Source of the DNA: an uncultured Planctomycetia bacterium
GTDB taxonomy: Bacteria > Omnitrophota > Gorgyraeia > Velamenicoccales > Velamenicoccaceae
Assembly (NCBI GenBank): GCA_964506425.1
Contig: CAZDLS010000002.1
Location: forward strand, 1 to 44,774
DNA: 44,774 nucleotides
Direction of reading: 5' to 3'
A program made the translations under genes and the position numbers. The notes beneath the pieces are model-generated. The model searched no databases. It was not told the origin of the DNA and saw only the letters and a list, made by a program, of their open reading frames with translations. Each line of letters starts with the position of its first letter. Within the stretch, counting starts at the first letter, position 1. Positions 16,867 through 25,388 of this stretch are shown one piece after another.

Positions 16867-18230
16867 AACGCCTTCGCCTCGCCGACCACGAAGAGGGAAC
16901 CGGTCACCACCACCAGATCATCGGGGGAGGACTCTCTGTTGACGAGCTTGAGCGCTTCCTCAACGGTCGCCGTCACCGCGTACGGCTTCTTGCGCAGATA
17001 ATGACGGCCGATCTCGACGGGGTCTGCCGCGCGGGGGTTGTTGGCCCGCGTCAAAACGATCCTGTCGGCCAGGGGTTCGAGCTCCTGCACCACGCCGCGG
17101 ATGTCCTTGTCCTGGGATGTCCCCAACACGAACCACTTGCGCATCTTCCTGAATTCGCGTTCCAAAAAGGCGGCCAGGCAGCTGGCCGACTCGCGGTTGT
17201 GCGCGCCGTCCAGGATGATGAACGGCTGCGTGCGGATCACCTCCAGGCGCCCCGGCCAGTAGGTCTGGCTCAGGCCGCGGCTCATCGCATCGGCGGCGAC
17301 CCTGATCCCGTGCAGCCCCAGCGCCTCGCAGGCGGCGGCGGCCAGCGACGCGTTGATCAGCTGGTGGGCGCCGAGCATCTTGATCGAAAAGAACCGCGAG
17401 TCGCGGTTCAGTCCTGAATAATAAAACTCCTGGCCCGAGAGACTGGCGAAGAGCCTCTTGCAGAAGAAATCCTTTTCCATCTCGAGGAGCAGGCACGGGA
17501 CCGCCTTGGCCCGGCGGCGCAGCACCTGCGCCACCGGCTTCTCCTGGGCCGCGGTCACGGCGACACAGAGCCCTTCGGCGGTGCGGACATTCTCCGCCTT
17601 GATGATCCCCGCTTTTTCAAAGGCGATCTCCGCCAGGGTGGGACCGAGGGTCTTCTCGTGATCGTAGCTGATCGGCGTCAAAACGCTGACGTGGGCCGGC
17701 ATGATGTTCGTCGCATCCAGGCGGCCGCCGAGCCCTGTCTCGAGGACCGCTATCTCCACGCCCTTGTCGCGGAAATACGTCAGCGCCACGGCGGTCAGGA
17801 TCTCAAAAAAGGTCAAGGCCCCATAGTTCTGAAAGGAACGGCGGAAAAAGTCGATCTGCGGCCGGATCGACGAGAGGATCGCGGCGAATTCGTTCTTGAG
17901 GATCATCCCCGCAAAGGCCTGGCGGGTATCGGCGGGACAGTGAACGTCGAAGATGCGGATGCGCTCGCGCAGGTCCATGAGGTGCGGTGAGGTGTAAAGC
18001 CCGACGCGAAGACCGTTCTCGCGCAGGATGTGCGCGATGAAGCAGGATGTGGACCCTTTGCCCTTGGTCCCGGCCACGTGGACGACCTTGAAGCTGTCCT
18101 GCGGCCGGCCGATGTTGTCCAGGAATTTCTTGACCCGGTCGATCTTGAAGACGGTGCGGTAGTGCACCACGACCTTCTTCTCGTAATCGACGAAGTTCCC
18201 GAGATAGGAGAGGGCTTCTTCGTACGTCAT
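16854..18230 (-). CDS. folC: Folylpolyglutamate synthase / dihydrofolate synthase
   Basis: Track ORF 16854-18599 trimmed to ATG 18230 (MTYEEALSYLGNF...). The upstream extension is Arg/Gly-rich and overlaps purH. Motifs VHVAGTKGKGST, TSPHLMDLRERI, LETGLGGRLDATN, DGAHN. Overlaps the mnmE start by 13 nt. Confidence 0.9.
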   Translation of the reverse strand: MTYEEALSYLGNFVDYEKKVVVHYRTVFKIDRVKKFLDNIGRPQDSFKVVHVAGTKGKGSTSCFIAHILRENGLRVGLYTSPHLMDLRERIRIFDVHCPADTRQAFAGMILKNEFAAILSSIRPQIDFFRRSFQNYGALTFFEILTAVALTYFRDKGVEIAVLETGLGGRLDATNIMPAHVSVLTPISYDHEKTLGPTLAEIAFEKAGIIKAENVRTAEGLCVAVTAAQEKPVAQVLRRRAKAVPCLLLEMEKDFFCKRLFASLSGQEFYYSGLNRDSRFFSIKMLGAHQLINASLAAAACEALGLHGIRVAADAMSRGLSQTYWPGRLEVIRTQPFIILDGAHNRESASCLAAFLEREFRKMRKWFVLGTSQDKDIRGVVQELEPLADRIVLTRANNPRAADPVEIGRHYLRKKPYAVTATVEEALKLVNRESSPDDLVVVTGSLFVVGEAKALWQG

Positions 18231-18277
18231 GGGTCGGTCATGTTCTGCGCGCGCCCCGGCGCGGCCGCCAAACCGGA

Positions 18278-19852
18278 TCAGTGTTTGAAGTGGCGGATCC
18301 CGGTGAAGAGCATGGCGATCCGGGCGCGGTCCGCGGCCCGGATGACCGTCGCGTCGGCGACCGAGCCGCCCGGCTGGATGACGGCCGCCACGCCGGCGCG
18401 CCGGGCCAGGGCGATATTGTCGTCCTTGGGGAAGAACGCGTCGCTGGCCATCACGGACTTTTTGGCGCGCGGACCGGCGCGCTTGACGGCCATGTAAACG
18501 GAATCGACGCGGCTCGTCTGCCCCATGCCGACACCAACGGTCTGCGTGCCGTCCGCCAGGACGATGGCATTGGACTTGACGTGCTTGACGACCTTCCACG
18601 CGAAAGAGAGCGCCGCACGCTCGCGCTGTGTCGGCCGGCGCCGCGTCACGACGCGCAGGTCCCCCTCCTTGTAATCCCGGTCGTCCTCCTGCTGGATCAG
18701 GATGCCGCCGTCTATCTTTTTAAAATCAAAAGGGTCGCGCTGCGGCGCGTCGACCACCGGCATCTCGACGAGGCGCAGGTTCTTTTTTGTCTTTAACAGC
18801 GTCAAGGCCGCGACGCTGAAGCGGGGCGCCAGGACGGCCTCGCAAAAACCCGCCCGGAGGATCGCCTTGGCCGTCGCGGGGTCGACGGCACGGTTCAGGC
18901 CGATGATGCCGCCGAAGGCCGAGAGAGGGTCCGTCGCCCACGCCTGCCGGAAGGCCGTCGACAGGCGCGCGTTCTCCGCCACGCCCGTCGGGTTGTTGTG
19001 CTTGACCACGCAGGCCGCCGGCCGCGCGAACTCCCGCACGAGCGCGAGGGCGGCGTTCAGGTCCAGATAATTATTGAAGGAAAGCTCCTTGCCGTGCAGC
19101 TGCTTGGCGTTGACCAGGAAGTGCGGGCTCAACGCCTCCGGCATCCGGTACAACGCCGCCTTCTGGTGAGGGTTCTCCCCATAGCGCAACAGGGCCATCT
19201 GCATCAACGTGACCGAGAAGATCCGCGGCAATTCGGCCAGGCGGTGCGGCACCTGCCCCCTCAATTTATTCTGCAGGTAACCGGCGATGACGCTATCGTA
19301 GTGCGCGGTCGCCTTAAAGGCCTCGACCGCCATCTCTTCCAGCAGGCCGTCCGGCACGCAGCCGTCATGGCGCGTCAGCGCCTCGGTGACGCAGCCGTAA
19401 AACTTGGGGTCGGGCACGACCGCCACCGAGCGGAAGTTCTTGGCGGCCGAGCGCAGCATCGAGGGGCCGCCGATATCGATGTTCTCGATCGCGTCCTCCA
19501 GGGCCGCGTCCTTGCGGCTGATCGTCCCCTCAAAGGGATACAGGTTCACGACGACCATGTCGATGAGACCGATAGCGTGCTCCTGGGCCTGCCGCATGTG
19601 CTCGGGGTTGTCGCGCACCGATAAAAGGCCGCCGTGGATCTTCGGGTGCAGGGTCTTGACGCGGCCGTCCATCATCTCGGGGAAGCCCGTGTAATCGGAT
19701 ATCTCGATCGCGGGGATCCCCGCGGCCTTGAGCATCCTGGCCGTGCCGCCCGTCGAGACGATCTCGACGCCGCGCTGCGACAACGTCCGGGCGAACTCCG
19801 TGATCCCCGCCTTGTCCGAAACGCTGATCAACGCCCTCTTTATCTTAAGCAT
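18278..19852 (-). CDS. purH: Bifunctional AICAR transformylase / IMP cyclohydrolase
   Basis: 524-aa ORF. MLKIKRALISVSDKAGI...STGGTA...MDGRVKTLHPKIHGG..., C-terminal FTGIRHFKH. Confidence 0.95.
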   Translation of the reverse strand: MLKIKRALISVSDKAGITEFARTLSQRGVEIVSTGGTARMLKAAGIPAIEISDYTGFPEMMDGRVKTLHPKIHGGLLSVRDNPEHMRQAQEHAIGLIDMVVVNLYPFEGTISRKDAALEDAIENIDIGGPSMLRSAAKNFRSVAVVPDPKFYGCVTEALTRHDGCVPDGLLEEMAVEAFKATAHYDSVIAGYLQNKLRGQVPHRLAELPRIFSVTLMQMALLRYGENPHQKAALYRMPEALSPHFLVNAKQLHGKELSFNNYLDLNAALALVREFARPAACVVKHNNPTGVAENARLSTAFRQAWATDPLSAFGGIIGLNRAVDPATAKAILRAGFCEAVLAPRFSVAALTLLKTKKNLRLVEMPVVDAPQRDPFDFKKIDGGILIQQEDDRDYKEGDLRVVTRRRPTQRERAALSFAWKVVKHVKSNAIVLADGTQTVGVGMGQTSRVDSVYMAVKRAGPRAKKSVMASDAFFPKDDNIALARRAGVAAVIQPGGSVADATVIRAADRARIAMLFTGIRHFKH

Positions 19853-19868
19853 CCCTTCCCTCTCAAAA

Positions 19869-19954
19869 GTGAGACAAACAGCCAGGCTCTTTGTCTCATT
19901 TTTGAACCGCGAATTTGAGACAAAGAGCCTGGCTCATTGTCTCACATTGTCTCA
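19869..19954. repeat. Family-1 palindromic intergenic element, copy B, with an extra TTGTCTCA half-site
   Basis: 19869-19944 aligns ungapped to 2241-2316 (69/76). The additional ATTGTCTCA at 19946-19954 abuts the ychF-like stop codon. Confidence 0.9.
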
Positions 19955-19957
19955 TTT

Positions 19958-20659
19958 TCACACGCTGAACTTGAACTCGATGACGTCGCCGTCCTGGACG
20001 ACGTACTCCTTGCCCTCCGAATGCAGGCAGCCGCAGGTCTTGGCCTGGTGGACGTTGCCGGCCTTCACGAGCTCCTCGAACGGCATCACCTCGGCGCGGA
20101 TGAAGCCGCGCGCGATGTCCGAGTGGATGGCGGCCGCGGCATCCAGGGCCGTGCTGCCGCGGCGCAGCTCCCACGCCCGGGCCTCCTTGGGGCCGCCGGT
20201 CAAAAAGACGATGCGGCCGGCCGCCTCAAAGACGCGGCGCGTCAAGGCCGCCAGGTCCTCGACCTCCTGGGCCGCGAAGAGAACGACGGCCTTGAGCGTC
20301 ACGAGGTTGGCGTTGACGAGGACCTTGCGCTCCTCGTCGCTCCAGGCGGCGCTGTTCAAGAATTCTTCTTTGTCCAGGACCTGCTGCGCCCGCCGAAAGA
20401 GCGCCTGCTCGGCTTCGGTGAGCGGCTTGCTCCGCCGCGCCTCCAAGACCTCCATGTCCATGACGACGAGGTCGAGCTTGCGCTCTTTCAAGCAGATGAT
20501 CGCGTCCGCCGTCTTGATATCCGTCGCAGGGGCGTACTCGACCTGGACCATCGTCGTCTTCTGTGCCTTGAAGAGCTCCTGGATCTTCTTCACCCTCTCA
20601 TCGATGAGGGGCTTCTTGCCCAAGGGGAAATCCGGCATGCCCGTGACGCTCGCCTTCAT
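19958..20659 (-). CDS. YchF-like protein lacking the P-loop G1 region (DUF933/TGS-like C-terminal part retained)
   Basis: 233-aa ORF. The C-terminus GGPKEARAWELRRGSTALDAAAAIHSDIARGFIRAEVMPFEELV...EGKEYVVQDGDVIEFKFSV matches the YchF C-terminal signature. There is no GxxxxGK[ST] motif anywhere, and only 4 nt separate the start from the upstream gene, so no room exists for a G1 motif. Confidence 0.75.
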   Translation of the reverse strand: MKASVTGMPDFPLGKKPLIDERVKKIQELFKAQKTTMVQVEYAPATDIKTADAIICLKERKLDLVVMDMEVLEARRSKPLTEAEQALFRRAQQVLDKEEFLNSAAWSDEERKVLVNANLVTLKAVVLFAAQEVEDLAALTRRVFEAAGRIVFLTGGPKEARAWELRRGSTALDAAAAIHSDIARGFIRAEVMPFEELVKAGNVHQAKTCGCLHSEGKEYVVQDGDVIEFKFSV

Positions 20660-20663
20660 TGGA

Positions 20664-22625
20664 CTATCCCTCCTCCTGCCCTTTGTGGCGCGGGTTCTGC
20701 ACGACGATCTGCTGCATGATCTTCTGCGGCACCTCTTCGTAACCGACGTAGTGCATCGTGTAACTCCCGCGGCCGCCCGTCATCGAGCGCAGGTCCGACG
20801 CGTAACGGAACAGCTCGGCCAGCGGCACGAGGGCCTTGATGACCTGGCTCTTGCCGCGCGCCTCGACGCCCAGGACCCGGCCCCGGCGGCTGTTCAAGTC
20901 CGCCGGGATCGCGCCCATGCACTCCTCGGGGACGGCGACCTCGACCTCCATGATCGGCTCCAAGAGGATGGGGCCGGCCTCCAGCGCCGCCTTGCGAAAG
21001 GCCAGGACCCCGGCGATCTGAAAAGCGATGTCCGAAGAATCGACGTCGTGGTACGAGCCGTCATAGACCGTCGCGCACACGTCTACCATAGGGAAAGTGG
21101 TCACCACCCCTTGCGTCATCGCCCGGCGGATCCCCTTTTCGACCGAAGGGATAAAATTGCGCGGGATGGCGCCGCCCACGATCTTGTCGACGAACTCGAA
21201 CTCCTTGCCCCGCTCCAAGGGCGCCAACTCCAGCCACACGTCGCCGTACTGGCCGCGGCCGCCGGACTGCTTCTTGTGCTTGCCCTGCGCCTTCGCGCTT
21301 TTTTTGATCGTCTCCTTGTAAGGCACCTTGGGGGTCCCGATCTCCACGTCGACATTATAGCGTTCTTTCAGGCGATGGACCATGACGTCGATGTGCTGGT
21401 CCCCCATGCCCGTGATGACGAGTTCTTTGGTCTGGGCGTCGCGGTTGATCTTGAAGGTCGGATCGCTGGCACAGAGCTTGGCCAGGGCCTCGGAGATCTT
21501 CTCCTCGTCCTGGCGTGACTTGGGTTTGATGGACGAAGAGAAGACCGGCTCGGGCAGGACGAACGGCGGCAAAAGGACCGATATCTTGCCGTCCGTGATC
21601 GTATCCCCCAACATCGTCTCCCTGAGCTTGGCCACGGCCACGATGTCTCCGCACGACGCCGAGGGCACGGGCCGCTGCTCCTTGCCCTGCAGGACCATCA
21701 GGTTGCCGACCCTCTCTTTCGCGCCGCGGGTCACATTATAAAAACCCGTGTTCGCGTCGAGCCTGCCGGAAAAGAGGCGCATCACCGTCAGCTGGCCGAC
21801 AAAAGGGTCCGATATGGCCTTAAAGACGAACGCGCACAGCGGGGCGTCTTGTGCGCAGACGACCTCTTTGGTCTCTCCTGAATCGGGGTCCTGGCCCTCG
21901 AGCGGCGGCCGCTCAAGCGGCGAAGGCAGATAGGCGACGATCCCGTCCAAAAGCTCTTTGACCCCGGCATCCGTCGCGGCGGAGCCGGTGACCACGGGGA
22001 AGATCTTGCCCTGGAGCACGGCGCTCTTCAGGACCTTCTTGTACTGGTCGTCGCTGATCTCTTTGCCTTCCAGATATTGTTCGAGGAGGGCGTCGTCCGA
22101 TTCGGCGATCGTCTCTTTCAGCTCGGAGGAGAGCGGAAAAGAGACGAGACACGCCCCGCGCGAAAAACGCTCCCGGATCTCCTTGAGCACCTCCTCCACG
22201 TGGACGTTCTCCTTGTCCATCTTGTTAAGAAAGATGAAGCGCGGGATCCTCCTCTCTTCCAGCTTGTCCCAGGCGCGTTCGGTGCCGACCTCGACGCCCG
22301 AGGTCGCGTCCACCACGATCACCGCGCCGTCCACCGCCCGCAGGCCGCAGATCATGTCCGCGATGAAATCCGCGTAACCGGGCGTGTCCACGATTTGGAT
22401 CGCGTGGTTCTTCCAGGCAACGTGCATGACGCTGGAGTTGATGGAGTGCTTCTTGGCGATCTCGTCCGCGTTGTAATCGCTGACCGTGTTGCCCTCGAGG
22501 ACCGAGCCCTTGCGGGTCGTCGCGCCGGCGACGGACAAAAGCGCCTCTACCAGAGAGGTCTTGCCGGCCTGCGCATGCGAGACGAAGACGATGCTCCTCT
22601 TGAATTCAGGCTTGACCTTTTCCAT
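20664..22625 (-). CDS. Elongation factor G-like translational GTPase (EF-G paralogue)
   Basis: 653-aa ORF. G motifs SHAQAGKTS, DTPGYADF, NKMD, followed by EF-G domain II-V-like sequence. Shorter than canonical FusA and has an atypical G1 context. Confidence 0.8.
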   Translation of the reverse strand: MEKVKPEFKRSIVFVSHAQAGKTSLVEALLSVAGATTRKGSVLEGNTVSDYNADEIAKKHSINSSVMHVAWKNHAIQIVDTPGYADFIADMICGLRAVDGAVIVVDATSGVEVGTERAWDKLEERRIPRFIFLNKMDKENVHVEEVLKEIRERFSRGACLVSFPLSSELKETIAESDDALLEQYLEGKEISDDQYKKVLKSAVLQGKIFPVVTGSAATDAGVKELLDGIVAYLPSPLERPPLEGQDPDSGETKEVVCAQDAPLCAFVFKAISDPFVGQLTVMRLFSGRLDANTGFYNVTRGAKERVGNLMVLQGKEQRPVPSASCGDIVAVAKLRETMLGDTITDGKISVLLPPFVLPEPVFSSSIKPKSRQDEEKISEALAKLCASDPTFKINRDAQTKELVITGMGDQHIDVMVHRLKERYNVDVEIGTPKVPYKETIKKSAKAQGKHKKQSGGRGQYGDVWLELAPLERGKEFEFVDKIVGGAIPRNFIPSVEKGIRRAMTQGVVTTFPMVDVCATVYDGSYHDVDSSDIAFQIAGVLAFRKAALEAGPILLEPIMEVEVAVPEECMGAIPADLNSRRGRVLGVEARGKSQVIKALVPLAELFRYASDLRSMTGGRGSYTMHYVGYEEVPQKIMQQIVVQNPRHKGQEEG

Positions 22626-22715
22626 GAGGGCTCCCTTGTTAGGCGATACACATCATAACGGGGCTTCGGAGAAGAAATCTATTTAACCTGCTGAAGGGGC
22701 GAATGTTAGGGTTCT

Positions 22716-22744
22716 ATTATAAACGATTGGGCCGGAGGCGTCAA
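22716..22744 (-). promoter_or_regulatory. Near-consensus sigma70 promoter for the EF-G-like operon
   Basis: Minus strand reads TTGACG (22744-22739), 17 nt, TATAAT (22721-22716). This predicts a 5-prime UTR of roughly 85-90 nt ending in AAGGGAG before ATG 22625. Confidence 0.6.
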
Positions 22745-22829
22745 CTCCGCACTTTCCGGCGCTTCCTATGCTTTTTTGGAAAGTACGGGGCCGCCCCTTA
22801 CCTAAATGCAGGACGTCCCGGGAAAAAGG

Positions 22830-22899
22830 GGAAAAAGGGGACAGGCTACTTTTTTCATCCTACAACGAAAAGGAAAAAAGTAGCCTGTCCCCTTTTTCC
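22830..22899. repeat. Family-2 palindromic element, copy 1: perfect 26-bp inverted repeat, probable terminator of kamA
   Basis: GGAAAAAGGGGACAGGCTACTTTTTT (22830-22855), an 18-nt loop, then AAAAAAGTAGCCTGTCCCCTTTTTCC (22874-22899). Starts 4 nt after the kamA stop. The left arm is preceded by a direct GGAAAAAGG duplication (22821-22829). Confidence 0.9.
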
Positions 22900-22903
22900 G
22901 GGG

Positions 22904-24097
22904 TTATTCGACGTAGGTATAGATCTTGCCCTTGTAATTGCGCAAGACGTGCTTGCCCTTGTCCTGGGAGATGAGGTAGTTGGGCCCCACGGGGATCTTG
23001 CCGCCGCCGCCCGGGGCGTCAACGACATAGGTGGGCACGGCGTAACCGGAGGTGAAGCCGCGCAGCTTGTCGATGATATTGATGCCGACGGCGATCGGGG
23101 TGCGGAAGTGCGCCGTCCCCTTGACGGGGTCGCACTGGTAGATGTAGTACGGCCGCACGCGGATCTTCAAGAGCTCGTGCATGAGCTTCTTCATGACGTA
23201 AGGACGGTCGTTGATCCCCTTCAGGAGCACGGTCTGGCTGCCGAGCGGGATGCCCGCGTCCGCCAGCATGTCGCAGGCCGCCTTGCAGCGCTTGCTGATC
23301 TCACGGGGATGGTTGAAGTGGATGCTGACCCACAGCGGCGCGAACTTCTTGAGCAAGGCGATCAAGTCCGGCGTGATCCGCTGGGGCAGCGTCACCGGCA
23401 CGCGCGTGCCGATGCGCACGAATTCGACGTGTGCGATGCTCTTGATCTTCAGCAGGATCGACTCCAGCTCTTCGTCCTCGAGCATCAGCGGGTCGCCGCC
23501 CGAGATGAGGACGTCGCGGATCTTCCGGTTGCCCTTGATGTAGCCGACCGCCGCGTCCAGCGTCTTCTCGTTGAGGGCGCGGGCCTCCCTCTCCCCCACC
23601 AGGCGCCGCCGGGTGCAATGGCGGCAGTACACGGCGCACTGTTCGGTGGCCAGCAAGAGGACCCGGTCCGGATAACGGTGCACGAGACCGTTGACCGGCG
23701 CATCCCGGTCTTCGGCGCACGGATCGATGAACTCCTTGGCGCCGAAGACGAACTCGTCTTTCAGCGGGATGGCCTGACGGCGAATGGGACACTCGGGGTC
23801 GTTGGCGTCCATCAACGTCACCCAGTACGGCGTGACCGCCATGGAAAGACGCCCCCGCGACTTGCGGATGCCCTCTTCCTCTTCGGGGGTGAGGATGAGG
23901 ACCTTGGCGATCTGGTCCAGGGTCGCGATACGGTTCTTGATCTGCCAGCGCCAGTCTTCCCACTGCTCGTCGGTGACGTCCTTCCACAGGGCGACCTTAC
24001 GGTAGTCCCCGATGGGCGCGCGCCGCCCCGTTGCTGCGGCGACAACGGCCTCAGGCACGGCGCCGACACCCTGATGTTCGACCTTAACTGATCCCAT
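22904..24097 (-). CDS. kamA: Lysine 2,3-aminomutase (KamA-family radical SAM enzyme)
   Basis: 397-aa ORF. WKDVTDEQWEDWRWQIKNRI, radical-SAM CAVYCRHCTRRR, SGGDPL, PYYIYQCDPVKGTAHFRTP, PTYVVDAPGGGGKIP. Both Asp residues that contact the lysine epsilon-amino group in clostridial LAM (in QCD and VVDAPGGGGK) are present. Confidence 0.9.
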   Translation of the reverse strand: MGSVKVEHQGVGAVPEAVVAAATGRRAPIGDYRKVALWKDVTDEQWEDWRWQIKNRIATLDQIAKVLILTPEEEEGIRKSRGRLSMAVTPYWVTLMDANDPECPIRRQAIPLKDEFVFGAKEFIDPCAEDRDAPVNGLVHRYPDRVLLLATEQCAVYCRHCTRRRLVGEREARALNEKTLDAAVGYIKGNRKIRDVLISGGDPLMLEDEELESILLKIKSIAHVEFVRIGTRVPVTLPQRITPDLIALLKKFAPLWVSIHFNHPREISKRCKAACDMLADAGIPLGSQTVLLKGINDRPYVMKKLMHELLKIRVRPYYIYQCDPVKGTAHFRTPIAVGINIIDKLRGFTSGYAVPTYVVDAPGGGGKIPVGPNYLISQDKGKHVLRNYKGKIYTYVE

Positions 24098-24185
24098 GGA
24101 ACACCCCCGGGCAGGCCCGGAGCAACTTCTTGCGCCCTGTGTCTTGCGCAGGGCTTGCCATCCCGCGACATCCCGCCGCAGCAGG

Positions 24186-25184
24186 TTATCCTGCGAGGGC
24201 GGGATAGCGTTTGCGTGCTATATCCACGATCTTGAGAAGCAACCCTTCATACGTCCAGCCGTGCGCCCTGGCGATCGCCGGAAAGACGTCCTCGTCCGAC
24301 AAGGACGGCAACGGGTTCACCTCCAGGACATACGGCCGCCTCTTTTCGTCCACGCGAAAGTCCACCCGGCCGAAATCCCGGCAGCCGACCGCCCGGTAGG
24401 CGGCCACCGCCATGCGGCACAGCTGACGCCTGAGGCCGGCCGGCGCCTTCGCCGGACAGACATACTCGATGTCCGTCGATGCCAGGCGCCGCCACGTGTA
24501 CATGAGGTCCCCCAGGTCCAGGAGCCCGGCGATCTGAACCTGAACGGGCTCCAACGCCTCCGGGTCGTCATTGCCGATCACGAGGACCGTGAATTCGCTG
24601 CCCCGGACAAACTCCTCGACGATGGCCGGCTGATGGTAGAGCCGGTGCACCTCCTCGATCCGGCCCCTGAGGTCCTTCTTCTTTCTGACGATCGAATCCT
24701 CCGATATCCCTTTCGAAGACCCCTCGTGGCACGGCTTGACGATGACCGGCAGCGCCATGCCGTCCCAATCCTTCACGGAGAACGTGCCGTTGGCCAGAAA
24801 GAACCGCGGCGTCGGCACGCCGTCGGCCACGAACACCTTCTTGGCCATCACCTTGTCCAATGTCAGGGAGAGCGCCAGGCCGTCGCTGCCGACATACGGC
24901 ACGCCGAAGACCTCCAGGACCGTCGGCACCTCGGCCTCACGGCTCCGATGACCCACCCCCTCGCAGATATTGAAAACGATGTCGACGTCCAGGCCCGGCA
25001 GGCGCTCCAGGAGCCGGCGGACGTTGCCGATGCGCTCCACCCGGTGCCCGCCGGACTCAAGCGCCCTGGCGACGAGGACGATCGTCTCCTCCACGTCCAG
25101 CTCAGCGAGGGCGTCCTGAGGACCCAGGGCACCTTCCGGATGATCGGACTTCAGGTCATATGTGAAACCGATGGCGCAAGGCAT
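24186..25184 (-). CDS. ATP-grasp ligase of the D-alanine-D-alanine ligase family (non-canonical)
   Basis: 332-aa ORF. DIVFNICEG, GVPYVGSD, LDKVMAKKVF...GVPTP, PVIVKPCHEGSSKGI, VEEFVRGSEFTV, GRVDFRVDE...YVLEVNPLPSL. Confidence 0.75.
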   Translation of the reverse strand: MPCAIGFTYDLKSDHPEGALGPQDALAELDVEETIVLVARALESGGHRVERIGNVRRLLERLPGLDVDIVFNICEGVGHRSREAEVPTVLEVFGVPYVGSDGLALSLTLDKVMAKKVFVADGVPTPRFFLANGTFSVKDWDGMALPVIVKPCHEGSSKGISEDSIVRKKKDLRGRIEEVHRLYHQPAIVEEFVRGSEFTVLVIGNDDPEALEPVQVQIAGLLDLGDLMYTWRRLASTDIEYVCPAKAPAGLRRQLCRMAVAAYRAVGCRDFGRVDFRVDEKRRPYVLEVNPLPSLSDEDVFPAIARAHGWTYEGLLLKIVDIARKRYPALAG

Positions 25185-25243
25185 CGAGCTCTTTCTTTCG
25201 CCGGACGTCCCCCGCCGCGACGGTGTTCGCGGGCGGGATGCAT

Positions 25244-25280
25244 AAAGAAAAAAGGGGACCCTCGAAGAACGAGTCCCCTT
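25244..25280 (-). terminator. Strong intrinsic terminator (minus strand)
   Basis: Minus strand reads AAGGGGAC-TCG, loop TTCTT, CGA-(GG bulge)-GTCCCCTT, followed by TTTTCTTT. Confidence 0.8.
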
Positions 25281-25353
25281 GCCGGACGAGTTGTTGAATT
25301 GTCTTCTCCGTTTTTAACGAAGCGGATGTTAATAAAAAGATTTTTCTTCTTTC
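25244..25353 (-). ncRNA. Candidate ~110-nt leader RNA / small RNA bounded by a promoter and a terminator
   Basis: Runs from the predicted transcription start about 7 nt below the TAAGAT -10 to the terminator at 25280-25244. Contains no ATG. Visibly AT-rich. Lies 59 nt upstream of the ATP-grasp ATG. Confidence 0.3.
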
Positions 25354-25359
25354 AATTTC

Positions 25360-25388
25360 ATCTTATCCTAACGGTGCCGTGTTGTCAA
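25360..25388 (-). promoter_or_regulatory. Sigma70-type promoter in the AT-rich spacer
   Basis: Minus strand reads TTGACA (25388-25383), 17 nt, TAAGAT (25365-25360). Confidence 0.55.

Noticed and set aside
22770-22800. GGGGCCGCCCC near-palindrome as a terminator or operator
   Set aside because: The arms abut with essentially no loop, so a stable RNA hairpin is not possible. It is more likely chance in GC-rich sequence.
25244-25353. Lysine (L-box) riboswitch upstream of the kamA unit
   Set aside because: The leader between the predicted start and the terminator is only about 70-75 nt, far shorter than an L-box aptamer, and I see no multi-helix junction.
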